DNA of 46,457 nucleotides, taken from NCBI GenBank assembly GCA_041497675.1, contig JBGQGY010000012.1, positions 1-46,457 of the forward strand, read 5' to 3'. This stretch comes from a bacterium (GTDB lineage Bacteria > Sysuimicrobiota > Sysuimicrobiia > Sysuimicrobiales > Humicultoraceae). The position numbers were made by a program, and so were the translations under genes. This document shows, in pieces, positions 26,757 to 35,194 of the stretch (positions are counted from its first letter, which is position 1; every line of letters starts with the position of its first letter). A model generated the notes under the pieces. That model was not told the DNA's origin. It saw nothing but the letters and a program-made list of their open reading frames with translations, and did not search any database.

Positions 26757-27794
26757 GTGACCCAGCCGGTGCCGCACTTCGGCGTGAACCTGAACAACCG
26801 CGAGCCGCTACTCTCGCCGCAGTACGACATTCCGGCGCTGCTCGATCTCTCGTCCGTGGCCGAAGAGGCGGGGTTCGAGTCGGTGTGGGTGGGGGACAGC
26901 CTGTTCTCGAAGCCCCGCTACGAACCCATCTCGCTGCTCTCGGCGATCTCGCAACGTACGAAACGTGTGCGGCTGGGAACGGCGTGTCTGGTCTCGGCGA
27001 CGCGCAACCCGCTCTATCTGGCGTTGGAATGGGCGACGCTGGACGTGATCTCCGGCGGTCGCACCATCCTGGGCGCCTGCATGGGCAACCCCGAAGAAGG
27101 CGTGCGGCGTGAGTACCGCGCGCTGGGGCTGGACTTCAACAAGCGCGCGGCGATCTTCGAGGAAGGGCTGCACGTGCTGCGCGCGCTGTGGACCGAGGGG
27201 CGCGTGGATGTCCGCGGGCGCTTCTTCGAGTACGACAACATCAGTTTCTCGTCCGGGGTCGAGATGGGGCCGCTGATGCCCATCCAGCAACCACCGCCGA
27301 TCTGGATCGTCAGCAACCCGCGTCTGATCCGCGGCGTCGAAGAAGAGACGGTCGCGCGCGTCATCGATCGCTCGGCGGCCCGCATCGTCCGATACGGCGA
27401 CGGGTGGATGACCTGCTGCCGGGCGCGTCATCCGGTAGAACTCTCCGACCAACTGGCGCACATCCACGACGCGGCGCGCGCGGCGGGCCGGCACCCATCG
27501 GAGATCACGGTGGCCTACCAGGTCACCATGAACATCGCCGATAGCGAGGCCGAAGCCCAGCGCGGGATCAATGAGTACATCACGCAGTACTACCCAGAGC
27601 TCAGCAAAGCGGTCGACCTCAGCGAGTGGGGGCCCGTGGGCACACCCGACCAGATCGGCCGGTGGATCGCCGAGTTCGCCCAGGCGGGCGTCACGTACTT
27701 CATCTGCAGGTTTGGCGCGCTCGACCAGTTTGGCCAGGTGACACGGTTTGCCAGGGACGTGCTGCCCAGGTTCGCGGCTGCGGGCCTGCGCTAA
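26757..27794 (+). CDS. LLM-class oxidoreductase
   Basis: VWVGDSLFSKPRYE, RVRLGT, WATLDVISGGR, PPIWIVSNP, YGDGW. Confidence 0.9.
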   Translation: MTQPVPHFGVNLNNREPLLSPQYDIPALLDLSSVAEEAGFESVWVGDSLFSKPRYEPISLLSAISQRTKRVRLGTACLVSATRNPLYLALEWATLDVISGGRTILGACMGNPEEGVRREYRALGLDFNKRAAIFEEGLHVLRALWTEGRVDVRGRFFEYDNISFSSGVEMGPLMPIQQPPPIWIVSNPRLIRGVEEETVARVIDRSAARIVRYGDGWMTCCRARHPVELSDQLAHIHDAARAAGRHPSEITVAYQVTMNIADSEAEAQRGINEYITQYYPELSKAVDLSEWGPVGTPDQIGRWIAEFAQAGVTYFICRFGALDQFGQVTRFARDVLPRFAAAGLR

Positions 27795-27809
27795 CAGGAG
27801 GGATGGGGG

Positions 27810-28817
27810 ATGGCGGTATCGACATCGACGTTGCGGCGCGACGCCGACCTTGTGGTGGGCACCTGCATGTCCGTCGAGAAGGGCGACGTCGTCACGATCA
27901 TTACCGATGATGCGCACGTAGGCGAAGCCGGCGCGCTGGCCGCGTCTGTGCTGGGGCACGGCGGGGTTCCCGTCATCATGAACAACGAGGCGCAGGTGCA
28001 GCGCGGGATGCAGGACATGCGATTCCCGATGGCGCCGCCGCGCAACCTGCACCAGGCGATGATTTCATCGGATGAAATCATCATCATCACCAACCTCGAG
28101 TGGGCGAACCGCTTCGCCCACGTGTCCGCCGTGAAAGAGTCGTGCGCGAACATGGCCAAGATCGCCTCGGTCGAAGAAGGCATCGGAACCTGGAGCCTCA
28201 CCGAGCAGGATATCCAGGTCGCCACGCAGCGGGCGCGTGACGCCATCAAAGCGATGTCCGGGGCCACGCGGTGCCGGGTGACGTCCGCCAAGGGCACTGA
28301 CGTCACGGTGTGCATCGACGGCCGGCCGGCGCTCGAAGTCACGCCGATCAAACACCGCGGTCAAATGATGGGCCCGGTGCCGTTGTGGGCCGAGGTGGCG
28401 TTTGCCGCGGTGGAGGATCAGACGGCGGGCCGCGTGGTGGTCGACGGCGTCATGCTGGGCGTGGGGCTGAAGGGGCAGGTGAAGGAGCAGATCGTCTGGA
28501 CGATCAAGGACGGGCGCGCGGTTTCGATCGAAGGCGGCGCTGAAGCCAAACGATTGAAGGAAGTCATCAGCGGCGTGGACGGGGCCGACGTGATCGGCGA
28601 GTTTGCGTTTGGCACGTCCACCAAGTCGCCGTTCGGGTCGCCGTCGGAAAAGGGGCGGTTGGGGACGGTCCACTTCGCGCTGGGTGACAATCACAACGCC
28701 TATCCGGGCGGCAAGAACGTGAGCACGCTCCACCTGGACGGCAACATCCTCGACGCGACGCTGCAGGTTCTCGACACGGGCCAGTACATCGTGAAGGATG
28801 GTAAGTGGGCGCTGTGA
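27810..28817 (+). CDS. M29/aminopeptidase T-like metalloenzyme (NicX-related fold)
   Basis: VTSAKGTD, AEV, G..VVDG, IGEFAFG, EK..GTVHFALGDN...GG.....HLD. Confidence 0.75.
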   Translation: MAVSTSTLRRDADLVVGTCMSVEKGDVVTIITDDAHVGEAGALAASVLGHGGVPVIMNNEAQVQRGMQDMRFPMAPPRNLHQAMISSDEIIIITNLEWANRFAHVSAVKESCANMAKIASVEEGIGTWSLTEQDIQVATQRARDAIKAMSGATRCRVTSAKGTDVTVCIDGRPALEVTPIKHRGQMMGPVPLWAEVAFAAVEDQTAGRVVVDGVMLGVGLKGQVKEQIVWTIKDGRAVSIEGGAEAKRLKEVISGVDGADVIGEFAFGTSTKSPFGSPSEKGRLGTVHFALGDNHNAYPGGKNVSTLHLDGNILDATLQVLDTGQYIVKDGKWAL

Positions 28818-29986
28818 GCGGGATGAACTGGCCATACCTCACGATGGCCTCTGGGCCGGGCGACGTTACCGATCGGACGCTGCGCGACCAGGTCCGGCAG
28901 GTTACCTATCATTATGATCCTAAGTTCATCGAGCTGTTTTCCCGGGCCACGGATCTGGCCAAATCGGTCTTTCGGACGAGCAACGACGTGGTCATCATGC
29001 AGGGGGAAGTTGTGCTGGGCATGGAGGCCGCCGTCGCCTCGTTGATCTCCCCCGGCGATCGCGTCCTTGCGCTGGTCTCGGGCATCTACGGCCGATCGTT
29101 CCAGGCGCTCTGCGAGCGATTTGGGGCCGAGGTGATCCCGCTGGAAGTGCCGCCGAACGAGGTTGTGGATCCCGATGCGGTCCGTGCGGCGTTCCGCCGG
29201 TATCCGAACGTCCGATTCCTGACCGTGGTGCATAGCGAGATGCCATCTGGCACGCTCAACCCGGTCGAGTACATTTGCCCAATCGCCCGCGAGTTCGGCG
29301 CGATCTCCATCGTGGATGCCTCCGCGGGGCTCGGCGGCGAGCCCTTCCAGACCGACGACTGGGCGGTCGATGTGGCCATCGCCGGACCGCAAAAGTGTCT
29401 CGGCGGCGTGCCGGGGCTCGCGCTGCTGGCAGTCAGCCCCGCCGCCTGGGACGCGATGGACCGGCGCACCCCACCGCTACGAGACAGCTACCTCTCTGTC
29501 TTGGATTGGCGGGAGAGCTGGATTCGCAAGCGGCGGTTTCCGTACACGATCTCGATTAGTCTGATCTACGCGCTGGAATCGGTGCTGTCGCAGGCCATGG
29601 AGGCCGGGCTGGATCGGTGCGTCGCGAGACATGCCGCGATCGGCCGCGCCTGCCGGGCCGGCGTGCGGGCGCTTGGGTTCGCGCTGTGGCCGGCGCGTGA
29701 CGAGATCATGGCGTCAGCCGTGACGGTGCTCCGCGCGCCGGAAGGGTTTCCGGAGGCCGAGGTGCGGCGGGAGATGCGCGAGCGCTACGGGGTCATGGTC
29801 GCCGGAGGCCTGGGTGAGTTCGCGGGCAAGCAGATCCGGCTCGGACACATGGCGGTTGGCGCGCACCCCACACACCTCGCTGCCCAGCTGGCGGTCTTCG
29901 AACGCAGCCTGGCAAATCTCGGGATCCACGTGCCGCCCGGCGCCGGGGTGGGCGCGGCCATGGCCACGCTGGGCGACTGGCAGTAG
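28814..29986 (+). CDS. pyridoxamine--pyruvate transaminase-like class V aminotransferase
   Basis: YHYDPKF, QGEVVLGMEAAVASLISP, PSGTLNP, IVDA, GPQKCLG, DW...W....FPYT, RYGV...G.GE..GK..RLGHM; colinear with the Mesorhizobium loti PPAT sequence as recalled. Confidence 0.8.
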   Translation: MSGMNWPYLTMASGPGDVTDRTLRDQVRQVTYHYDPKFIELFSRATDLAKSVFRTSNDVVIMQGEVVLGMEAAVASLISPGDRVLALVSGIYGRSFQALCERFGAEVIPLEVPPNEVVDPDAVRAAFRRYPNVRFLTVVHSEMPSGTLNPVEYICPIAREFGAISIVDASAGLGGEPFQTDDWAVDVAIAGPQKCLGGVPGLALLAVSPAAWDAMDRRTPPLRDSYLSVLDWRESWIRKRRFPYTISISLIYALESVLSQAMEAGLDRCVARHAAIGRACRAGVRALGFALWPARDEIMASAVTVLRAPEGFPEAEVRREMRERYGVMVAGGLGEFAGKQIRLGHMAVGAHPTHLAAQLAVFERSLANLGIHVPPGAGVGAAMATLGDWQ

Positions 29987-30014
29987 TGACAAGCCCGAGG
30001 GGCGGGGGTACGTG

Positions 30015-30965
30015 ATGAACGGAGATGCAATCCGCACGGTGGCGTTGATCGGCGCGGGTACGATGGGGCCGGGCATGGCGGCGGTGTTTGCCGGTCACGG
30101 CTTCGAGGTCCGGCTGGCCGACGTCAAACCCGACGTGCTCGAACGGGCCAAGACGACGATCGAGACGGTCTACGCGACGCTGAGCAGCGGCGGGATGCTG
30201 ACGCCGGACGCCGTCGAGGCCGCGAGACCGCGCGTGCGCTTCACGCTCGACGTGGCGGAGGCCGTGCGCGGCGCCGAGTTCGTCGTGGAGGCGATCCCCG
30301 AGCGGCTCGATCTCAAACAGCGTCTGTTCGCCGAGATCGAGCCACAGGTCGCCGCCGAGACGATCCTGGCCTCGAACACCTCGGGCATCCCGATCACCGG
30401 GCTCGGCAAGGCGGTCAAGCGACCCGAGCGCGTGGTCGGCATGCACTGGTCGAACCCGCCGCACCTGATCCCGGTGATCGAGGTCATCCGCGGCGATCGC
30501 ACGAGCCAGGCGGCCGTGGAGGCCACCCGCCGCGTCGTCGAACGTCTAGAGATGGTCCCGGTGCTCGTGCGGCGCGACGTGCCGGGGTTTGTCGAGAACC
30601 GCATCCTCTACGCCATCATGCGCGAGGCGCTGCATCTGCTCGAAGAGGGCATCGCCAGCGCCGAAGATATCGACACGATTGCCAAGTGGGGCATCGGATA
30701 CAAACTGGCGGTCATCGGCCCGCTCGAGTTGCTCGACGTGGCCGGTCTCGACATCTATCAGAGTGTGGCCTCGTATTTGAACGCCGATCTGTCGAGCCGC
30801 GCCGACGTCAGCCCCATGATTGTTCGCAAGGTGGGGGCGGGCGAGTTAGGGGTCAAGACAGGCAGGGGGATGTACGATTACCGCCCGGAAGAGATCGCCC
30901 CGCTGATGCAGCGGCGCATGAGACTCCTGCTGGCGGCGCGGAAGGCGCTCTCGGCCCCGGCGTGA
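30015..30965 (+). CDS. 5-formyl-3-hydroxy-2-methylpyridine-4-carboxylate (FHMPC) dehydrogenase-like, 3-hydroxyacyl-CoA dehydrogenase family
   Basis: GTMGPGMAA, TSGIPIT, VGMHWSNPPH.IP.IEVI, DVPGFVENR.LYA, WGIGYK.AVIGP, AGLDIY.SV.S.LNADLS.R.DV.PM; closely matches the recalled M. loti enzyme. Confidence 0.85.
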   Translation: MNGDAIRTVALIGAGTMGPGMAAVFAGHGFEVRLADVKPDVLERAKTTIETVYATLSSGGMLTPDAVEAARPRVRFTLDVAEAVRGAEFVVEAIPERLDLKQRLFAEIEPQVAAETILASNTSGIPITGLGKAVKRPERVVGMHWSNPPHLIPVIEVIRGDRTSQAAVEATRRVVERLEMVPVLVRRDVPGFVENRILYAIMREALHLLEEGIASAEDIDTIAKWGIGYKLAVIGPLELLDVAGLDIYQSVASYLNADLSSRADVSPMIVRKVGAGELGVKTGRGMYDYRPEEIAPLMQRRMRLLLAARKALSAPA

Positions 30966-31696
30966 GCACCATGCGGGCCGCGGTCGCGTGGGCCGGCCGG
31001 ATCCTGGCGCTGTACGGCCACGGCGACCTGACGCTTGGACACGTGAGCGCGCGCGACGGCAACCGCATCCATATGAAGCGCAAGGGCATCGGGCTCGAGG
31101 AAGTGACGCCCGCCGACGTGCTGACGCTCGATCTCGACGGGCGGAAGACCGCGGGCACCGGCACGGTGCACCTCGAGGTAGTCCTGCACACCGAGGTCTA
31201 CCGGGCGCGTGACGACGTCGGCGCCGTCATCCACACGCACCCCTTTTACGCGACCGCGCTCAGCGCGGTCGCCGCCGACTTGCAATATTTGACGCACGAC
31301 GCGGTGCTGTTTCCCGAGGGGATCGGCGTGTTTGAGGAGACTGCCGATCTAGTCGTCACCCCGGAGATGGCCGCCGTGGTAGCGAGGGCACTTGGGCCAC
31401 GCCGGGCCGTCCTGCTCCGCAATCACGGCGTGCTCGTCGTCGGGAGGGACGTGCGCTGGGGAGTGCTGGCGGCGCTGACGCTTGAACGGGCCGTGCGGAT
31501 GCAGGCGGTGGCCGGGTCGTTGGGAATCCTGAGACCCATCCCCGAATCGATGATCGCCGCGCAGCATGCGTCGAAATACCGAGAGAGTTTTCTCGACGAG
31601 TATTGGGAGTACTGGGTTCGCTGTGTGCGCCGGGCGGGGCTTGATGACGGGATGCCGCGCTCGCCCCGCGCCGCGGGCCGGAGGCGCGCGCGATGA
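30962..31696 (+). CDS. class II aldolase/adducin family protein (HMPD decarboxylase-like)
   Basis: GHVSAR, E..LH.EVY.AR.DV.AVIHTH, LRNHG, C-terminal W..W....RRAGL. Confidence 0.8.
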   Translation: MSTMRAAVAWAGRILALYGHGDLTLGHVSARDGNRIHMKRKGIGLEEVTPADVLTLDLDGRKTAGTGTVHLEVVLHTEVYRARDDVGAVIHTHPFYATALSAVAADLQYLTHDAVLFPEGIGVFEETADLVVTPEMAAVVARALGPRRAVLLRNHGVLVVGRDVRWGVLAALTLERAVRMQAVAGSLGILRPIPESMIAAQHASKYRESFLDEYWEYWVRCVRRAGLDDGMPRSPRAAGRRRAR

Positions 31697-32187
31697 GTCG
31701 CTCGTCGATGCGCATTGTGCTGACAGTGAACGGGCGGCCGGTCGAGGCCGACATCGAGCCTCGCGAGGTGCTGCTGGACTTCGTCCGCGATCGGCTCGGG
31801 CTGACCGGCGCCAAGCGGTCGTGTGACATGCAGGTGTGCGGCGCGTGTACCGTGCTGCTCGACGGGCTGCCGATCAGCGCCTGTTGCACGCTGGCCTACG
31901 AGGCGCGCGGCCGCGAGGTACTGACGATCGAAGGGCTGACATCGGACGGGCGTCTGCATCCGCTGCAGGAGGCTTTCGTCGATCACGCCGCGGTGCAGTG
32001 TGGCTTTTGCACGCCCGGCATGATCCTGACCGCGCTGGTCCTGCTGCGCGAGACGCCGACACCCGATGCGGGTCACGTCAAGGCGCACATGAACGGTACG
32101 CTGTGCCGGTGCACGGGGTACTGGAAGATCATCGACGCCGTCGTCGACGCGGGTCGGCGTCTGCGCGCGTCCGGAGCGGACCGGTGA
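31693..32187 (+). CDS. molybdo-hydroxylase 2x[2Fe-2S] small subunit (CoxS/XdhA-like)
   Basis: CDMQVCGACTV...C, TIEGL, QCGFCTPG, LCRCTGY. Confidence 0.93.
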   Translation: MSRSSMRIVLTVNGRPVEADIEPREVLLDFVRDRLGLTGAKRSCDMQVCGACTVLLDGLPISACCTLAYEARGREVLTIEGLTSDGRLHPLQEAFVDHAAVQCGFCTPGMILTALVLLRETPTPDAGHVKAHMNGTLCRCTGYWKIIDAVVDAGRRLRASGADR

Positions 32188-34445
32188 AGCCGGAGCGCGT
32201 CGTCGGCACGCCGATGCGCCGCGTGGACGCCGAGGAGAAGGCCGTCGGTGCGGCGCGGTTCACCGGCGACCTGGTCGTGTCCGGGATGCTGCACGGCCGG
32301 GTCCTGCGCAGCCCCCTGCCGTCTGCGCGTATTGCGCGCATTGATGGCTCGGCCGCCGAACGACTTGCGGGCGTTCGGGCGGTGCTGACCGGTCGCGATC
32401 TCGTTGACATGGATCCGTACTACGGCCATGCGATCAAGGATCGACCGGTCATCGCGATCGATCGCGTGCGGTTCGCCGGCGCACCGGTGGCCGCGGTCGC
32501 CGCGGATGACCCGGCGACCGCCGATGATGCCCTGGCGGCGATCCGGGTCGAGTATGAGGATCTCCCCGCCGCGGCGACCCTGGACGCAGCGCTGTCGTCC
32601 GGCGCCCCGCGGCTCCATGAGGGACCCCTGCGTCCGGGGTTGTTTCACGGGCTGGGCGAGTTGCGGCGCGAGGACGGCAACATCTGCTATCATTACCACT
32701 TTTCACGCGGCGATCTCGATACGGCGTTCGCGGGCGCCGACCTCACCGTCGAAGGCGAGTATACGTTTCCCGCCGTCTATCAGTACGCGATGGAACCCCA
32801 CACCGTCATCGCGCAGTGGGGCGCCGACGGTTTGACGGTGTGGGCCTGTTGCCAGCATCCGTATCTGGTCCGGGCCGAGCTGGCCGATCTGTTCCGCCTG
32901 CCGCTCTCATCGGTGCGCGTGATCGTCCCCTACATCGGTGGCGGGTTCGGCAGCAAATCCTACACCAAGATGGAACCGCTGACCGCCGCGCTGGCCCGCA
33001 AAGCCGGTCGGCCCGTCCGCATCGCCAACCGCGTCGACGAAGCGATGGTGACGACACGCCGGCACAACATGAAGTGCTGGATGCGCACGGCCGCGACGCG
33101 CGCGGGCGAGGTCGTGGCCCGGCAGTGCCGGATCTGGCTCGACACGGGCGCCTACGCGGACAACGGCCCGCGCGTCGCCGCGACCGCGGGCGACGCTGCT
33201 CCCGGTCCCTATAGGTGGAAGGCCGCCGGGGTTGACGCCTGGGCCGTGTACACGAACACGCCGCCCGCCGGGTCGTATCGCGCCTTTGGCGCCGCGCATC
33301 TTTGTTGGATAGGTGAATCGCAGATCGACGCGCTCGCCCGCAAGACCGGTCTCGACCCGCTGGAGTTCCGCCGGCGCAACCTGCTGAGACCGGGTGAAGA
33401 GGTTCGCCCCGGCGGCAAGCCGTTGGACGCCGACCTCATCGGCGACGTGACGAAGGTGGCGGCCGCCGTTGGCTGGGGCGAACACAAGCCGCCGATGGTC
33501 GGCCGCGGGTTGAGCGTCGGATTGCTGGCCGCCGGTGCGAACCCCGTCTCGACGGCGGCAATCCGGCTGCAGGCCGACGGGAGCGCGGTGGTCCTGGTCG
33601 GCACGTCGGAGATGGGTCAGGGGTCGCGCACGGTCTTTACCCAGATCGCGGCCGACGAGCTGGCGGTGCCTCCCGCGCGCATCAGGGTGATGGGCACGGA
33701 CACGCAGTTCACACCCTACGATCGGTCCACCGGCGCCAGCCGCTCGACGACCATTGCCGGCAAGGCCGTGCAGCGGGCGGCGGCCGACGTGCGCGATCAG
33801 TTGCTCGAGATCGCCGCGGGCGCGTGGGGGCTCCCGGTGGGGTCGCTCGACGTGCGGGCGGGTGCGGTGTGGCACGAAACCGAATCGCTGTCCTACCAGG
33901 ATCTGATCAAACGGCACTTCGGGATGGTCGGCGGCGAGTTGATCGGCCACGGCGAGGTGCGGCCCGAGCGCGGCACCGGATCGTACGCCGAAGGCCCGGT
34001 CTTCTGGGAAGTGTGTGTTGGCGGGGCCGAGGTCGAAGTCGATCCTGAGACCGGGCGTGTGCACGTGCGACGCCTGGCCAGCGTGGCGGACGTGGGGAAG
34101 GCCATCAACCCGGTGCTTGTCGAGGCCCAAGACGAGGGCGCGTGTTTGCAGGGAGTGGGCAACGCGCTGTTCGAGGAAATGCGGTTCGAGGATGGCCAGT
34201 TGATCAACGGGACGCTGCTCGATTACCGCATCCCGTCGATGGCCGACCTGCCCGACGAGTTTCGCTCGATCATCGTGGAAAACGCCGACGGCCCCGGGCC
34301 GTATGGGGCGAAAGGCATCGGTGAGGGCGCCCAGGCCGGCGTGCCCGGCGCGATCGTCAACGCGCTTGGAGATCTCGGCATCGATGCGCGAGAGCTGCCG
34401 TTGACCCCCGAACGTCTGTGGAGACTCATGCGGGGTTCGCGCTGA
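32184..34445 (+). CDS. xanthine oxidase family molybdopterin-binding large subunit 1
   Basis: GTGA overlap; GMLHGRVLRSP, MEPH, GGGFGSK, YRAFG, EMGQG, TGASRST, AINP, DYRIP, GPYGAKGIGE. Confidence 0.92.
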   Translation: MKPERVVGTPMRRVDAEEKAVGAARFTGDLVVSGMLHGRVLRSPLPSARIARIDGSAAERLAGVRAVLTGRDLVDMDPYYGHAIKDRPVIAIDRVRFAGAPVAAVAADDPATADDALAAIRVEYEDLPAAATLDAALSSGAPRLHEGPLRPGLFHGLGELRREDGNICYHYHFSRGDLDTAFAGADLTVEGEYTFPAVYQYAMEPHTVIAQWGADGLTVWACCQHPYLVRAELADLFRLPLSSVRVIVPYIGGGFGSKSYTKMEPLTAALARKAGRPVRIANRVDEAMVTTRRHNMKCWMRTAATRAGEVVARQCRIWLDTGAYADNGPRVAATAGDAAPGPYRWKAAGVDAWAVYTNTPPAGSYRAFGAAHLCWIGESQIDALARKTGLDPLEFRRRNLLRPGEEVRPGGKPLDADLIGDVTKVAAAVGWGEHKPPMVGRGLSVGLLAAGANPVSTAAIRLQADGSAVVLVGTSEMGQGSRTVFTQIAADELAVPPARIRVMGTDTQFTPYDRSTGASRSTTIAGKAVQRAAADVRDQLLEIAAGAWGLPVGSLDVRAGAVWHETESLSYQDLIKRHFGMVGGELIGHGEVRPERGTGSYAEGPVFWEVCVGGAEVEVDPETGRVHVRRLASVADVGKAINPVLVEAQDEGACLQGVGNALFEEMRFEDGQLINGTLLDYRIPSMADLPDEFRSIIVENADGPGPYGAKGIGEGAQAGVPGAIVNALGDLGIDARELPLTPERLWRLMRGSR

Positions 34446-35194
34446 TGGGCGTCCGCGCCGTGCTCTTCGATTTCCACGAGACGCTGATCTCGGCGGATCG
34501 CTGGATGGTGTTGGAGACGCGCGGCATCGCGACGGAAGTCCTACAGGCGATTGGTGTGTGGAACGGCGGCATGCCCGAGCCCGCCCGGGCCCGAGCAGAA
34601 GAGGCGCACGCGCGCCTGCGCGCGATCAGCCGTGACACGGGCATCGAGTACAGCGCCCCCGAGATCGCCCGGATCGTCCTTGCCGAGCTTGGGCTTGATG
34701 GGCAATATGGCGCCGCGGCGGTCGATGCGGCGGTCGAGACGCTGTTCCGCTCGTATCTCCCCGACGTGCAGTTGAAGCCGTCGGTCGCCGAAGGGCTCGA
34801 CGGTCTGGCCCGCGCCGGGTACCGGATGGGCATCGTCTCAAACGCCACGTACGGGTCTTTTATCGCGTGGGCGCTGGAGGCCCTGGGTGTCGGCGGACAC
34901 TTCGAGCACATCACCGTGTCGGCCGACGTAGGGTTGCGCAAACCGCGTCGCGAGATCTTCGACGCGGCGCTCGCCGCGATGGGTCTGCCCGCCGCCGAAG
35001 CCGTCTACGTGGGCAACGACTACCTCAAGGATGTTGTCGGCGCCAAGCTGGCAGGTCTACGCGCCATATGGCTTCCTGATCCCGGCGCGCGAGACGACCG
35101 TCCGTACACCCGGTGGCACCCCGACGCCGTCGCGGACCAGATGGCGGCGCTCCCCGGCATCATCGCGCCGTGGCGCGCGGGGAGGGTGTCGTGA
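34445..35194 (+). CDS. HAD-superfamily hydrolase (phosphatase-like)
   Basis: LFDFHETL, IVSN, RKP...IF, YVGNDYLKDVVGA...G. Confidence 0.85.
   Translation: MGVRAVLFDFHETLISADRWMVLETRGIATEVLQAIGVWNGGMPEPARARAEEAHARLRAISRDTGIEYSAPEIARIVLAELGLDGQYGAAAVDAAVETLFRSYLPDVQLKPSVAEGLDGLARAGYRMGIVSNATYGSFIAWALEALGVGGHFEHITVSADVGLRKPRREIFDAALAAMGLPAAEAVYVGNDYLKDVVGAKLAGLRAIWLPDPGARDDRPYTRWHPDAVADQMAALPGIIAPWRAGRVS

Noticed and set aside
30015..30965. Fatty-acid beta-oxidation 3-hydroxyacyl-CoA dehydrogenase
   Set aside because: HWSNPPH and WGIGYK motifs and the adjacent PPAT-like gene fit the FHMPC dehydrogenase branch; no thiolase, hydratase or CoA ligase nearby.
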